64,000 bases of DNA from Leptonemataceae bacterium (GCA_965227295.1 OZ245742.1:2304001-2368000); one strand, 5' to 3'; positions 32,554 to 43,140 are shown, counted from the first letter of the stretch. Translations and numbers: made by a program. The notes: generated from the sequence alone by a model not told the origin.

Positions 32554-33153
32554 ATGAGCGGAACGGCCGGAACGAAGACGGGCATGGGCATCGCCGCGTG
32601 CCGGGACTACGCGCAGCGCCTGGCGCGCGTCCTCGATCAGCAGGATTGGAGCGGCGTCGAACGTCTCGCCGAAGACATGCGCGCGGCCTGGACGTTTCAC
32701 CGGCAAATCTTTCTGTGCGGCAACGGCGGGAGCGCGGGCAACGCGGTCCATCTCGCCAACGACTTCGTCTACGGCGTCGCAAAGAACAACAACGGCCAGG
32801 GCATGCGCATCCACGCGCTACCGGCGAACACCGCCGTGATGACCTGCCTGGCCAACGACATCTCCTACGACGAAGTTTTCTCACAGCAACTCAAAGTCAT
32901 GGCTCAGAAGGACGACGTGCTGGTGGTCCTCTCCGGCAGCGGGAACTCGCCGAACGTCGTCCGCGCCCTGGAAGTGGGTCGGGACCTCGGCATGCGGACC
33001 TCGGCCATCCTCGGTTACTCCGGCGGTAAGTGCAAAGAACTCGCCGACAACGTCATTCACGTTCCCGTGGACGACATGCAGATCAGTGAAGATATGCAGT
33101 TGATCGTCGGGCACATGTTGATGCAGCAACTGTGTGATCATCCGCCGGGTTGA
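32554..33153 (+). CDS. gmhA: phosphoheptose isomerase (SIS domain)
   Basis: CGNGGSA, LAND, SGSGNSPNV, MQISEDMQ. Confidence 0.85.
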   Translation: MSGTAGTKTGMGIAACRDYAQRLARVLDQQDWSGVERLAEDMRAAWTFHRQIFLCGNGGSAGNAVHLANDFVYGVAKNNNGQGMRIHALPANTAVMTCLANDISYDEVFSQQLKVMAQKDDVLVVLSGSGNSPNVVRALEVGRDLGMRTSAILGYSGGKCKELADNVIHVPVDDMQISEDMQLIVGHMLMQQLCDHPPG

Positions 33154-33159
33154 TGGGTG

Positions 33160-33609
33160 TTAGTCTGCGTCGAGGGGCGGGGTTCTTGATTCAATCTTCT
33201 TGATTCCAATGAGGGCCAGATCCAGGGCCGATACTTTGAGAATCTTGATTTCACCCGAAGCCAGCCAGAATAAGCGTTTCGGGTAAGATTTATACTTCGC
33301 GATTTTCTTTTTGAGCCATTCGGTTTTCTTTTTCATCTCCTGGATGTGTTTGCCGCTTGTTGCCGGATGGACCTCAATACATACGATCTCCTCGTACCGT
33401 TTACGTTGTATGATTGTGAAGTAGTCCCACCGTGCTTCATTGGGTTCGCTCTTCTTGAAGCAGGTATCGAGGTCGAGGCTATGAGTTAGTGCGCCTGGTT
33501 TGCGGAGGCGGATCTGCTTCCGGTGTTTTTTCTGAATTGCTTGCCAGTTGGGTTGAAGGCATTCCCTTAAATTTGGGTCATTACGGATTGTCGCAATCAG
33601 TTTCGACAT
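33160..33609 (-). CDS. basic hypothetical protein with PD-(D/E)XK-like motif; partner of the ATPase
   Basis: RWDY...CIEVH...KK pattern; starts 2 bp after the ATPase stop; low GC. Confidence 0.65.
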   Translation of the reverse strand: MSKLIATIRNDPNLRECLQPNWQAIQKKHRKQIRLRKPGALTHSLDLDTCFKKSEPNEARWDYFTIIQRKRYEEIVCIEVHPATSGKHIQEMKKKTEWLKKKIAKYKSYPKRLFWLASGEIKILKVSALDLALIGIKKIESRTPPLDAD

Positions 33610-33611
33610 GT

Positions 33612-34757
33612 TCAGTCCTGATACAAGTCCGCAATCGTATCCTGAATTCGGTCCGTGAATTCGGTCATACCGCCCCAACTGGATACTTCATCTTCGTCGG
33701 CAGATAAGTCCAGAGAAGATATGTCAATTGTATCAACACCTCGATTGCCCGGCTTGAAGTAGTAGGTTTTAAAACTCTTCGTCAAGCATTCTTCTGCGAG
33801 TTCTTTGGACTGTCCCGATAGATCGAATAATTCCATAAAGGCACGAATGCGGCCCCGCGGTTCTCCTTCCTGAATGCGTTGAATTGCCCATTGCAATTCC
33901 AATACATGATACGAATGTGTTGAGACAATCACCTTGTAGCCGCGGTTCAGTAGTTCCATTACTGCAAGCATGATTGAGCGAATTGCGCGAGGATGGAGAC
34001 CCATCTCGGGTTCCTCGATAATTATTGTTTCGATCTTGCCCCGCGTTGATATTGCGGCAGAGGGGAGCAGATAATAGAGACCTAAGAGGAGTGGGGTAAA
34101 CTCCCGTTGTCCCGTGGACCAGAGCATGATAGGTAGAGTCGTATCACTATTTGCAGGAGTCAGTACCAATCTCTTTTTCAGGCCGGTCTTTTCAAGGCTC
34201 AGTTTGGCGCCTCGAAATAGGCTTTTGTCAAGCGATGCCCGAATCGCCTTCTTCAGGCGATCCTGCGGAAAAACGAAACGCCCACTACCAAGGCCCTGAT
34301 CCATAAGATAGCGAATGTTCTCGCTAAAATCCTTTAGTACAAATGGATAAGAAAGGTCGAAGCCCTGAAAAGGCGTCGGCCAGCCTGACGCAATCATCAG
34401 AACCCGTTGCGCAGGCACGTAAAAGGTTCGATTGTCCGAGCCATCTGTACGAATTTTGCTGTTGATCTTTTGTTCGATCGCAAATCTCTGTTTGTCTATG
34501 CGCAGTTCCGAGTCGGCTCTGGCAATCTGTGACATGCCTTCTCCTAGATAAGCTTCCAGGAAATTTGCACCATTGCCGTCCCAATCAAAGCCGTGGCGCC
34601 TCAGCGTCTTAACGATATAACGATAATCCTGCACAAGTCGCAAGAACTGCAGAAAGATGCTCTTCCCCGTTGCCTGAGGCCCCACCAGAACCGTGAGATC
34701 CCCCAGTTCGACGTCGGCCCGGCGAATCGGGCCGAGTTCGTCAATCTCTAAGCGCAT
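33612..34757 (-). CDS. ABC-type ATPase (AAA_15/AAA_21, AbiEii-like)
   Basis: GPQATGKS, YVPAQR, signature STGQRE, IIEEPEMGLHP, STHS; no TM partner. Confidence 0.88.
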   Translation of the reverse strand: MRLEIDELGPIRRADVELGDLTVLVGPQATGKSIFLQFLRLVQDYRYIVKTLRRHGFDWDGNGANFLEAYLGEGMSQIARADSELRIDKQRFAIEQKINSKIRTDGSDNRTFYVPAQRVLMIASGWPTPFQGFDLSYPFVLKDFSENIRYLMDQGLGSGRFVFPQDRLKKAIRASLDKSLFRGAKLSLEKTGLKKRLVLTPANSDTTLPIMLWSTGQREFTPLLLGLYYLLPSAAISTRGKIETIIIEEPEMGLHPRAIRSIMLAVMELLNRGYKVIVSTHSYHVLELQWAIQRIQEGEPRGRIRAFMELFDLSGQSKELAEECLTKSFKTYYFKPGNRGVDTIDISSLDLSADEDEVSSWGGMTEFTDRIQDTIADLYQD

Positions 34758-34768
34758 GTTCTTAACTT

Positions 34769-35551
34769 CTACCGGTACTGACCTATCTCAGGCATCACCA
34801 TCTCACCCCAGGAACGATAGCCCTCTTCGCCGAAGTGAATGAAGTCGATGCCCCCGCCCGGCAGGGGTTGTTTGTAGCCCTCGCGAATTTCCGGAAACTC
34901 GTGCGAGGCGATCTCGCGCCAGAAATCCACGTAGGTGACGTAGCTGTAATCCTCGGTGGCGTACTTAAGCAGCCAGTTGTAGTACGGGGCGATGGCGTTG
35001 GCCTTCCACATGAGCGTCGGCGGCATCGAAGACTGGTAGATTTGCACGCCCGGTACGCCCTGGCGAATGCTCTGCCAGATTTTGCGCGTGTTCTCCAGGG
35101 TTTCGGGAATGCAGCGCCCCTGTAAAAGATCGTTGCCGCCGATGGAAATCAGCACGGCCCGCGGGCGCCGCGCGACGATGTCGTCCTGGACGCGTTGTTG
35201 CAACATGACGGTGGTGTCCCCGCCGATGCCGGTGTTCGCGACGTCGACGCCCGGCAGGTACTGTTCCATACGCGGCGGAGTGAATAACGCGGCGATAGAG
35301 TCGCCGGTGATGATGACCTTCGCCGTGGGTTTCTGCGCCGCCTGCTGGGCCAGCAGCGCGCGGAAGGCCGTCCAGTGCTTGAGGTACTCCTCGTCCTTTT
35401 CACGGAAGAGCAGTTCCTTCTCGCATTTCTTTTCGGTCTGGAAGTAGTCGAAGCCGTATCCGGCGCCGCGGCGGTTGGGCCCGCAGGCGGCGAGCAGCGT
35501 GAGCGTCGTCGCGGCGATGACTAATAGCTTGTAAGTGGATGTTAGTTGCAT
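34769..35551 (-). CDS. SGNH/GDSL hydrolase lipoprotein
   Basis: LAAC lipobox; GDSI, GIGGD, GGND, DFIH. Confidence 0.9.
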   Translation of the reverse strand: MQLTSTYKLLVIAATTLTLLAACGPNRRGAGYGFDYFQTEKKCEKELLFREKDEEYLKHWTAFRALLAQQAAQKPTAKVIITGDSIAALFTPPRMEQYLPGVDVANTGIGGDTTVMLQQRVQDDIVARRPRAVLISIGGNDLLQGRCIPETLENTRKIWQSIRQGVPGVQIYQSSMPPTLMWKANAIAPYYNWLLKYATEDYSYVTYVDFWREIASHEFPEIREGYKQPLPGGGIDFIHFGEEGYRSWGEMVMPEIGQYR

Positions 35552-35584
35552 ATCGATTCCTTTGAATGTTTGCGCGGTGCGCCG

Positions 35585-36886
35585 TCAGGCCTGGATCACC
35601 CCGCTCAGTTTCGGGTCCGTACGATGTTTGCCGGGCAGGGTATTTTTGCGTTTGCGCTTACGTTCCCGACGTTTGCGCACGCCGTGCATGATGCGGGCGA
35701 AGAAGTTGCGTGCCCGTTTTTCCCGGCCGTGGGTTTCCAGCCAGTCCAGCACGAGCGGGTAGACGTCCTGAATGGCCCGGTCGCCCAGAACCAGACCGGT
35801 GTGACAGTAGTCCAGTTCCACGCCGGTGTCCCGGCCGAGGATGACGAACTTTTTCTTTTTGCTGCGCGCCCTGTCGTAGGCGAAGCGGACCGACTCGGGC
35901 AGGGCCACGTGATCCCGCGCCCCGGCGACGAAGAGCGACGGCGCGCTGATGTTCTTCAGGCCCTCGCGATAGTCGTGGCTGCCGTCGACGGTGGTCTCGC
36001 GGTTGGTGTTGATCCAGCCCATGAACTGCCGCGCCAGCCCGGCGGAGATGTTTTCAATGCCGTTTTTCATTAAGCGGCGGATGGTGCGCGAGCTTACGTT
36101 CTCTTTGCTGTAGATTAGTTCTTCGACGGGCGTGGTGAGCCGGCCGGTGAGCGGTGAGATGACCTGCGCGCCGAACTTGAAGTCGATGATGTCGTTCATC
36201 CAGGGATGATTCGAAAGCGCGCCCCACATGGTACGCTTCGCGTGATCGATGCGCCCGGGCCCGCCCAACGATACGAACGCCGCGATGTCTTCGGAGCCGG
36301 GCAGTTCGCGACCCATGAAACCGTAGCAGATCATGGCACCCATGCTGTGGCCGACCCAGGAAATCTTCGGGGCGCCGGTGAGTTCCCGGGCCTTGCGAAT
36401 GACGGCGGGTACATCGTACTGCACCAGGTCGTCGAAGTTGAAGTCCTTGTAACGATGGCGGGAGGAGTGATACGACTTGCCCACGCCGCGGAGCGACAGT
36501 ACAAAGACCGGGAAGCCGTGCTGCTTTAAAAAGAAGGCCACGCTGTGGGAATGATCCAGGTCCACGCCGTACTTATTGTTGGCGATGCCGTGGCTTACGA
36601 TCACCGGAAACGCGCCGACCCGCGGATACGACGGGCGATGGAAGTGCATGGCGATGTTCCAGCCGTCCTCGGTGTGCGCGTAAAAGACTTGATCGGAGAT
36701 GTCTTCGACGCCGTAGAGCTTGTCCCAGACGATCAGGAAGATCGGGTAGAAGAGCAGGATCAGCAGGATGACCAGGGCGAGGACCACGGCCGCGCTGCCC
36801 AGGAGCACGGCCAGGAGCGCGATGACGAGCATCGACGTGGCGATGTAGATCGGGTCCTTCTTTTTTTTCTGCGGGCCGAAGAGCAT
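35585..36886 (-). CDS. membrane-anchored alpha/beta hydrolase
   Basis: N-terminal TM hairpin; SHG, GHSMG, GARD, YCH. Confidence 0.88.
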   Translation of the reverse strand: MLFGPQKKKKDPIYIATSMLVIALLAVLLGSAAVVLALVILLILLFYPIFLIVWDKLYGVEDISDQVFYAHTEDGWNIAMHFHRPSYPRVGAFPVIVSHGIANNKYGVDLDHSHSVAFFLKQHGFPVFVLSLRGVGKSYHSSRHRYKDFNFDDLVQYDVPAVIRKARELTGAPKISWVGHSMGAMICYGFMGRELPGSEDIAAFVSLGGPGRIDHAKRTMWGALSNHPWMNDIIDFKFGAQVISPLTGRLTTPVEELIYSKENVSSRTIRRLMKNGIENISAGLARQFMGWINTNRETTVDGSHDYREGLKNISAPSLFVAGARDHVALPESVRFAYDRARSKKKKFVILGRDTGVELDYCHTGLVLGDRAIQDVYPLVLDWLETHGREKRARNFFARIMHGVRKRRERKRKRKNTLPGKHRTDPKLSGVIQA

Positions 36887-36978
36887 CGGCGAGCATTCCA
36901 GCACCGCGTCGACCGGCGGTCATCTAAAAAACGCGGCCTGGCGCTGCCGCCACGGCTTATCAAATGAGGGGTACCCAC

Positions 36979-37006
36979 TTGACGTACCGCTCCCGCGCGC
37001 CATTAT
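36979..37006 (+). promoter_or_regulatory. possible sigma70-type promoter upstream of the purN-purH cluster
   Basis: TTGACG-N16-CATTAT, 12 bp before ATG 37019. Confidence 0.4.
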
Positions 37007-37018
37007 GTCGCCCCGGCC

Positions 37019-37456
37019 ATGAACGTTTTCCAGGGTCCATTCTTCGAACTCCAGGTGCCCGAGGACTGGGAGCAGGAGATCATCGAAAACATTCCGGCCT
37101 TCTACGACCTGGACGCCGGCTGGGTCCTGCAAATCGCCGCCACAAGCAATCCCGGCGGTGCCGCCTACGATCCCGACACGCAAATGCGCACCTACCTCGA
37201 ACAGAACGGCCTGGAGTACCAGGACGACCGGGTCATGCGCTATCAAAACGCCTCGGGCCTGGAATGCCTGGCCTGTGAGTTCATCAAAGACAATCGCTTC
37301 TGGCTGGTGCAGATCATCGTGCGCGGCCCGCGCATGTTGCTGATCATCTTCAATTCCGACGAAACGCCGGCGGCGGAGCTGGCCCGGGACATTTCCGGGG
37401 CGGTGGGGTCGATCCGCTTCTTCGAACCCGTGGAAACCCCGGAGAACTCTAACTGA
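37019..37456 (+). CDS. hypothetical protein (PsbP/DUF3805-like)
   Basis: FELQVPEDW start typical of PsbP-like folds; first gene of the pur cluster. Confidence 0.6.
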   Translation: MNVFQGPFFELQVPEDWEQEIIENIPAFYDLDAGWVLQIAATSNPGGAAYDPDTQMRTYLEQNGLEYQDDRVMRYQNASGLECLACEFIKDNRFWLVQIIVRGPRMLLIIFNSDETPAAELARDISGAVGSIRFFEPVETPENSN

Positions 37457-37462
37457 ATTTGC

Positions 37463-38092
37463 ATGAATGTTAAGCGCGCAGTGGTCCTCGCGTCCGGCCG
37501 CGGCAGCAACTTCGCCGCGGTGCTGGAGGGTGTACGCACGGGCGGCATCCGTAACTGCGAGATCGCGACGCTGATTGTTGACCGCCGGGGCACGGGCGCA
37601 GAAGAAATCGCGACGGCGGCGAACGTGCCGGTCCGGGTAATCGCATACAAAGATTTCGCCGAACGCAGCGAGTACGATGCCGTGTTGCTTGCGGCCCTGC
37701 GCGAACTGCAGCCGGATTTTATTCTGACGCTGGGTTACATGCGCATCCTCGCCCCGGAGCTCGTGCGCAGTTTCGCCGGGCGCATCATCAACATTCATCC
37801 GTCGTTGTTGCCGGCTTTTCCCGGCATTCATTCGGCGCGTCAGGCCTTCGAATACGGCGTAAAGCTTGCCGGTGCCACGGTGCACTTCGTCGACGAGGGC
37901 GTGGACACGGGGCCCATTATTTTGCAGGCGGCGGTGGATGTCCCGGAGGGCGGCACGGCCGACGATCTGGCGGAACTCATCTTAACTGAGGAACATCGCA
38001 TCTTAGTGCGTGCGGTGGATTTGTTTTGTAACGATCGGCTGAGCCTGGAAGCGGGCGCCGATCAACGAAAAAAAGTAAGGATATACACATGA
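37463..38092 (+). CDS. purN: phosphoribosylglycinamide formyltransferase
   Basis: SGRGSN, GYMRIL, NIHPSLLP, GATVHFV, DTGPII. Confidence 0.97.
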   Translation: MNVKRAVVLASGRGSNFAAVLEGVRTGGIRNCEIATLIVDRRGTGAEEIATAANVPVRVIAYKDFAERSEYDAVLLAALRELQPDFILTLGYMRILAPELVRSFAGRIINIHPSLLPAFPGIHSARQAFEYGVKLAGATVHFVDEGVDTGPIILQAAVDVPEGGTADDLAELILTEEHRILVRAVDLFCNDRLSLEAGADQRKKVRIYT

Positions 38093-39675
38093 GCGACATC
38101 ATCAAAGTGCAGCGGGCGTTGCTTTCGGTTTCGGACAAAACGGGACTCACGGATTTCGGCCGTTTTCTGGCGGATGAGGGCGTGGAGCTAATTTCCACCG
38201 GCGGTACATTACGGGCGCTGAAGGACGCCGGTGTGCCGGCCCTCGCCATCGAGGACTACACGGGCTTCCCGGAGATCATGGACGGGCGCGTGAAGACGCT
38301 GCACCCGCGCATTCACGGCGGCCTGCTGGCGTTGCAGGACAACGCCGATCACGTGCAGGCCATGCAGGACAACGACATCCCCGGCATCGATCTTGTCTGC
38401 GTGAACCTCTATCCCTTCGCCGAAACCATCGCGAAGCCAGGCGTGAGTTTCGAAGACGCCGTCGAGAACATCGACATCGGCGGGCCCACCATGTTGCGGG
38501 CGGCGGCCAAGAACTACGGCTTCACCACGGTCATCTGCGATCCCGCGGACTACGCGGCGGCCATGGAAATGATCATCAAACACGGCGGCATTCCGCGGGA
38601 TGCGTCGCTGGAGTTCGCGCGCAAAGTGTTCAATCGCACCGCCGCTTACGACGCGCTCATCGCCGGTTACTTAAATGATCGGGCGGGGGATCGTTTTCCC
38701 GAACGCCTCACGTTAACGTACGAAAAATCCCAGCCCTTGCGCTACGGCGAGAACCCGCACCAGAACGCGAACCTGTATCGCCCGGCGCTGGACCTGGCCA
38801 AAGAGCGGCACGTCGGAAGGGCGAGCATTGAACAGTTGCAGGGCAAAGAGCTGTCGTTCAACAATCTGCTCGACTTCAACGCCGCGTTGCGCGCGGTGCT
38901 GAGTCTTCCGAAAGAGGGCGCGGTCATCGTCAAACACCTGAATCCCTGCGGCGCCGCCGTCATGAAAAACGGCGGCAGTTTGAACGACGCGTTCCTGCGC
39001 GCGCGGGCGTGTGATCCGGTGTCGGCCTTCGGCGGCATCATCGCGCTCGGCACGCGCTGCGACGAGGAGACCGCGAAGAGCATCACCGAAAACTTCGCCG
39101 AGGTCATCGTCGCCCCGGAGTACGACGAGGCGGCGCTCGGGGTGTTCGCGGCGAAGAAAAACCTGCGCGTGATCCGCATCAAAGACGCGAGCGCTTACCT
39201 CGCAGGCGAGCCGCGGGAAATCCGCACGATTCTCGGCGGCGCGCTGTACCAGGACCTGGACGTGCGCGTGGCGCAACGCTCCGAATGGAAGGTCGTCACT
39301 AAAGTACAGCCGGATGAAGCTACGCTCGACGCTCTGGATTTTGCCTGGCGCGTGTGCAAACACGTGAAGTCCAACGCCATCGTTTTTACCGGTGACGCGG
39401 AGACCCTGGCCATCGGCGCGGGGCAGATGTCGCGCATCGATTCGGTGGAGATCGCGGCGTCGAAAGCGAAGAAAGCCGGCCTGGAACTGAAAGGATCGGT
39501 GGTGGCCTCGGACGCCTTCTTTCCGTTTCGTGACGGCCTCGACGCCCTCGCGAACGCCGGTGCCCGCGCCGTGATTCAGCCGGGCGGTTCCGTGCGCGAC
39601 GAGGAAGTCATTGCCGCGGCGGACGAGCACGGCGTGGCGATGGTGTTCACCGGCATGCGGCACTTCTTGCATTGA
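38089..39675 (+). CDS. purH: bifunctional AICAR transformylase/IMP cyclohydrolase
   Basis: [44 protein letters not shown]. Confidence 0.98.
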   Translation: MSDIIKVQRALLSVSDKTGLTDFGRFLADEGVELISTGGTLRALKDAGVPALAIEDYTGFPEIMDGRVKTLHPRIHGGLLALQDNADHVQAMQDNDIPGIDLVCVNLYPFAETIAKPGVSFEDAVENIDIGGPTMLRAAAKNYGFTTVICDPADYAAAMEMIIKHGGIPRDASLEFARKVFNRTAAYDALIAGYLNDRAGDRFPERLTLTYEKSQPLRYGENPHQNANLYRPALDLAKERHVGRASIEQLQGKELSFNNLLDFNAALRAVLSLPKEGAVIVKHLNPCGAAVMKNGGSLNDAFLRARACDPVSAFGGIIALGTRCDEETAKSITENFAEVIVAPEYDEAALGVFAAKKNLRVIRIKDASAYLAGEPREIRTILGGALYQDLDVRVAQRSEWKVVTKVQPDEATLDALDFAWRVCKHVKSNAIVFTGDAETLAIGAGQMSRIDSVEIAASKAKKAGLELKGSVVASDAFFPFRDGLDALANAGARAVIQPGGSVRDEEVIAAADEHGVAMVFTGMRHFLH

Positions 39676-39720
39676 GGGGATTTTTGTAGACAGGGCGTCG
39701 TCAGGGGTTCGTATGATGTT

Positions 39721-39900
39721 ATGGCGAGCGTAAAACGTGTGGTCCTGGATGCGATTGAGCAACTGCCGGAGACGGCGGGGTACGACGAAATCATGTACCA
39801 GCTCTATGTCATGCAAAAGGTCGAGGCCGGCAGGGACGCCGCCCGGCGTGGTGACACACTGAACGTCGATGAATTGCGTAAAGAGATGGAGGCATGGTAA
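39721..39900 (+). CDS. 59-aa putative antitoxin (not in ORF track)
   Basis: [59 protein letters not shown]; typical of small genes upstream of RelE/ParE. Confidence 0.75.
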   Translation: MASVKRVVLDAIEQLPETAGYDEIMYQLYVMQKVEAGRDAARRGDTLNVDELRKEMEAW

Positions 39901-39980
39901 GATGGACCAGGCCTGCGTCGCGCGATCACGGTCGATCTATGATGGGTCGCACGGAAAATTGCCCGAGTCCGGTATAACTC
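39894..39980 (+). pseudogene. RelE/ParE toxin remnant
   Basis: Overlapping start [16 protein letters not shown] in another frame; then cut off by a REP-like element. Confidence 0.55.
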
Positions 39981-39984
39981 TTCG

Positions 39985-40100
39985 CGCAAGGGATTGGAAG
40001 GGTCGCGGCTTTAGCCGCGAGTCCGGAGCGTAGCGGAGGACCGAAGCCGTAAGGCGGAGCCCTGGAAAGCCCGGTCGCCGCCGCAGGCGGCGATGCGCCC
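39985..40100 (+). repeat. REP-like structured element
   Basis: CGCAAGGGATTGGAAGGG-hairpin-TCCGGAGCGTAGCGGAGGACCGAAGC...GGAGCCCTGGAAAGCCCGG-hairpin-GCGCCC. Confidence 0.8.
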
Positions 40101-40283
40101 AAAAATGTGTTTAACTGATTGTGGACTTCGCTCTTTGAATTAAGCCCCCGCCTCCCCCATCCAATACGACAACGCCAGCACCGGCCGCTCGCCGAGTTCC
40201 CGGCGCCGGTAGTTCACGAACGCCGGAAGACACTTCGCGCGGAGCGTGCTGGAAAAAAACTATAACTTTATTATCTTGCGACG

Positions 40284-41129
40284 GTGAACACCGGCCATTC
40301 CACCATCGACGTCGATCTCATTCAAAAGATTGTCGGAGGGGCGCCGGTTTCCGGGGTGTCGCGCGCGGAGGCCATTCGCCTGTACCGCAATGAAGGCCGT
40401 CGTCTGTATCCGCTGCTCCTCGAACAACTCACGTTCCAGCGTTGGGACGAAGACGAGGCCGAAGATTTGTGGCACGGCATGCTGCGACACAAGCGCGAAC
40501 TGCGCCGTAAACTCGGTCGCAATCCCGGCGTCTTCGTTGCGGCCCTGGACTATCTTTCCAACGTTCGGAATATCTTAAAAGATCCGGCCATCATGTCGCG
40601 GGATACCGCGGAGACCATCGTCGTGTCGGCCGTGGCGGACGATTTGACCGGACTCATGGACCGGCGCGCCGCTTACGTGCGCCTGGGTAGCATCAAACAA
40701 AATTGCCAGGAGAACGGTAAGTCGTTCAGTGTGATCATGCTGGACCTGGATCACTTCAAGAACTTGAACGATACCTACGGCCACGAAACCGGCGACGCGG
40801 TGCTCAAACACTTTGCCGATGAAATGCGCTCCGTCGTCCGCCGGAGCGATCTCGTGGCTCGTTTCGGCGGCGAAGAGTTTCTCATGGTCATCAGTGAGTG
40901 TTCCTTCGGCGGCGCGAAGAAGGTCCTCGAACGCCTGCGCAAGAATTTACGCGAGGCGCGCTTCGATCCGCCGTACACGTTCAGCGCCGGCATCATTGCG
41001 TATCCCGAGTACAGCCTTTCGAACAAGAAGCTCATCCGCTGCGCCGACGCCGCGCTGTATGCCGCGAAAGAGCGCGGGCGGGATCGCGCCGTGGCCTTCG
41101 AGCCCGGGCACCTGGATCTCATTGAATAA
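40284..41129 (+). CDS. diguanylate cyclase (GGDEF)
   Basis: DDLTGL, DLDHFK, NDTYGH, RRSD I-site, RFGGEEF. Confidence 0.92.
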   Translation: MNTGHSTIDVDLIQKIVGGAPVSGVSRAEAIRLYRNEGRRLYPLLLEQLTFQRWDEDEAEDLWHGMLRHKRELRRKLGRNPGVFVAALDYLSNVRNILKDPAIMSRDTAETIVVSAVADDLTGLMDRRAAYVRLGSIKQNCQENGKSFSVIMLDLDHFKNLNDTYGHETGDAVLKHFADEMRSVVRRSDLVARFGGEEFLMVISECSFGGAKKVLERLRKNLREARFDPPYTFSAGIIAYPEYSLSNKKLIRCADAALYAAKERGRDRAVAFEPGHLDLIE

Positions 41130-41230
41130 ATAGAGTTGATCAGCCGGCCTGTTTCAGTTCTTCGTCGGGGGCGCAGGACTCGTTCTGGATTTCCTCGGTG
41201 AAGTAAATACGTCACATGTCCGGGCTGCGA

Positions 41231-41863
41231 CTACGGACAGCCGCTTTGTCTCGTCAAAGTTAACTGACTCGTATCAAAACCTAAGCCGCCGGCCGTGCTC
41301 AAGAGACTGTTGTACGTCGCGCTATCCATCGTTGTCGTCCGCGAGAGCACGAACAAACTGCGACGCAAGCGGTCGCCGACCAGGGCGTAGCTGTAATCAC
41401 TCGCGAGGGCGATGATGTAATAGTCCGAACCGAAGGGACCGAAGAACGCGACCTGTAACTTTGCGTTCACCCCGGGGTCCGTGACGACGGCCGTGCCGTT
41501 GATGGTACTCAACGATCCGTCCACGCTGTTCAGCCGGCATTGATTAAACACGCTGATGGTCGTGGAATCGATGATGCCGTAGGTGGCCGTGGTACACAGG
41601 CAGTTCGTATTAAAAAACTGCGGAATCGAAGCGATTTCGTACCACAGCCCGATGTACCGCGACGGGTCGACGAACGCCACGGTCTCCAGGGACGGCTTTG
41701 CCAGTTCCTGGCCGACGGCGATGCCGAGGACGAGCCGATCGACGGAGTCGTTCACCGCCGCGGAGTCGACGGCCTTGCAACCCATGCCGGTGAAAAACGT
41801 TCCGGCGAGAAGGGCGCAGGCCGGTATAAAAGTGCGTGCACCTTGCAAACATTTTTGAATCAT
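41231..41863 (-). CDS. lipocalin lipoprotein (Blc-like)
   Basis: GMGC lipobox; RYIGLWYEIA, DYSYALVG, LFVLSR. Confidence 0.88.
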   Translation of the reverse strand: MIQKCLQGARTFIPACALLAGTFFTGMGCKAVDSAAVNDSVDRLVLGIAVGQELAKPSLETVAFVDPSRYIGLWYEIASIPQFFNTNCLCTTATYGIIDSTTISVFNQCRLNSVDGSLSTINGTAVVTDPGVNAKLQVAFFGPFGSDYYIIALASDYSYALVGDRLRRSLFVLSRTTTMDSATYNSLLSTAGGLGFDTSQLTLTRQSGCP

Positions 41864-41877
41864 GTTGCAACCTAATC

Positions 41878-42318
41878 ATGCGCGCGCCGAACAGCCCCCG
41901 AAAAATTTCGCAGCGTGAATTCCTGTACGCAATGCTCATCGTGATGGCGGCCGGTCGTTGCGTCTCGTACGTGGACGTCGCCCCGGATCGCCCGGGCGGG
42001 GTGAACGCGCCGGTGCGCTGCGCATCCGCGGAAGATCAGCGCGGTTATCTCAAACGTTTGCGTTCTTCCGAACGTCCCGACGAGCGCCTGGACTACGAGT
42101 ACCTGGACGCGGTCCTGGGGCCGGAGGACGTGGTGCTGGATCGTTTCCGGGTGGAGAATCCGCTACCGGACGAACGCGGTCCGTTTGCGGTGTTGTTCGA
42201 TCTGTTTCGATTTGAGCCGGACTATGCGCCGGCGTATCGGGTGTACCTGAGCATGTACGGGGACGATCCGCTCTGCGGGACCGAGGCGCCGCCGGGGTAC
42301 GAGTTGCTGCAAGAGTGA
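41878..42318 (+). CDS. hypothetical, possible lipoprotein
   Basis: Short hydrophobic stretch ending in Cys; fills the gap between genes. Confidence 0.5.
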   Translation: MRAPNSPRKISQREFLYAMLIVMAAGRCVSYVDVAPDRPGGVNAPVRCASAEDQRGYLKRLRSSERPDERLDYEYLDAVLGPEDVVLDRFRVENPLPDERGPFAVLFDLFRFEPDYAPAYRVYLSMYGDDPLCGTEAPPGYELLQE

Positions 42319-42337
42319 AGGGACCACTTAAGTGATC

Positions 42338-43117
42338 TCAGTAGGGATCGTCGCCCCGCTCGCGCAGGTCGCTGTCGTCCGCCCCGGCTCCGGTATCCAG
42401 CTCAATGTCCTGCGGTTCCATGCCCCCGCCGTCGAAGTCTCCGACATCTCCCGGCCCTTCGTCGTAATTGTCGTCGTAACTCTCCGCCGCGCCGTAGCCG
42501 CCGCCGTAATCGTCGTAGAACTCGTCGTCGTTCTCCTGCGCGGCGAGATGCAGGCGGTAGCCGCCGTAGATGAAGCACAGTCCGGCGTTGATCGAAGCGA
42601 AGAGGAACGTCATTTCGTGATACACGCCCCAGGTCGTTAAGTTGATCGCGCCTAAAGCTACGGCCAGCCCGAAGAAGAACGGCGTTTCCGCGGAGGCCAG
42701 GCGCGCCGGAAAACCGTCGGGGCCGCCCTGATCGAGGGCCGTGTCCCGGAGGGACGGCCAGACGACGTGCAGGATCACCAGAAAGAGAATCGATTGAAAG
42801 AAGTAGTTCGGGACCTGGTTCTCCGCGTGGTCGGGGGCGTGGGGCATGACGTTCGGCGAAAGCAGGCCGCCGAAGAGCGTGAGCACCCAGGCGATCAGGA
42901 TGCCCGCGCCGAACATGATGTAGGCCGGGCCGGGGTCCCCGCGCCGGCCGGTGAGGCGCTCCACCTGGCGGAGCAGGATGTCCATGAAGTTCAGCAGTTC
43001 GTCGCGAGTGTAGGTGTCCTTGGAACGCACGAGTCCGCCCCAGTAGTCGAGGACGAGGATCACCCCCGCGAAGATCGCGAAGATCGTGAGCCAGACGATG
43101 ATTTCTATGAATATCAT
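42338..43117 (-). CDS. membrane protein with acidic C-terminal tail
   Basis: About 5 TM helices; D/G/Y-rich tail. Confidence 0.7.
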   Translation of the reverse strand: MIFIEIIVWLTIFAIFAGVILVLDYWGGLVRSKDTYTRDELLNFMDILLRQVERLTGRRGDPGPAYIMFGAGILIAWVLTLFGGLLSPNVMPHAPDHAENQVPNYFFQSILFLVILHVVWPSLRDTALDQGGPDGFPARLASAETPFFFGLAVALGAINLTTWGVYHEMTFLFASINAGLCFIYGGYRLHLAAQENDDEFYDDYGGGYGAAESYDDNYDEGPGDVGDFDGGGMEPQDIELDTGAGADDSDLRERGDDPY

Positions 43118-43140
43118 GTTAATTTAAGCTGCCGGGAGCC

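Noticed and set aside
30656..32557. 633-aa plus-strand ORF and similar long antisense ORFs
   Set aside because: Shadow frames opposite well-supported genes, expected in GC-rich DNA; no motifs.
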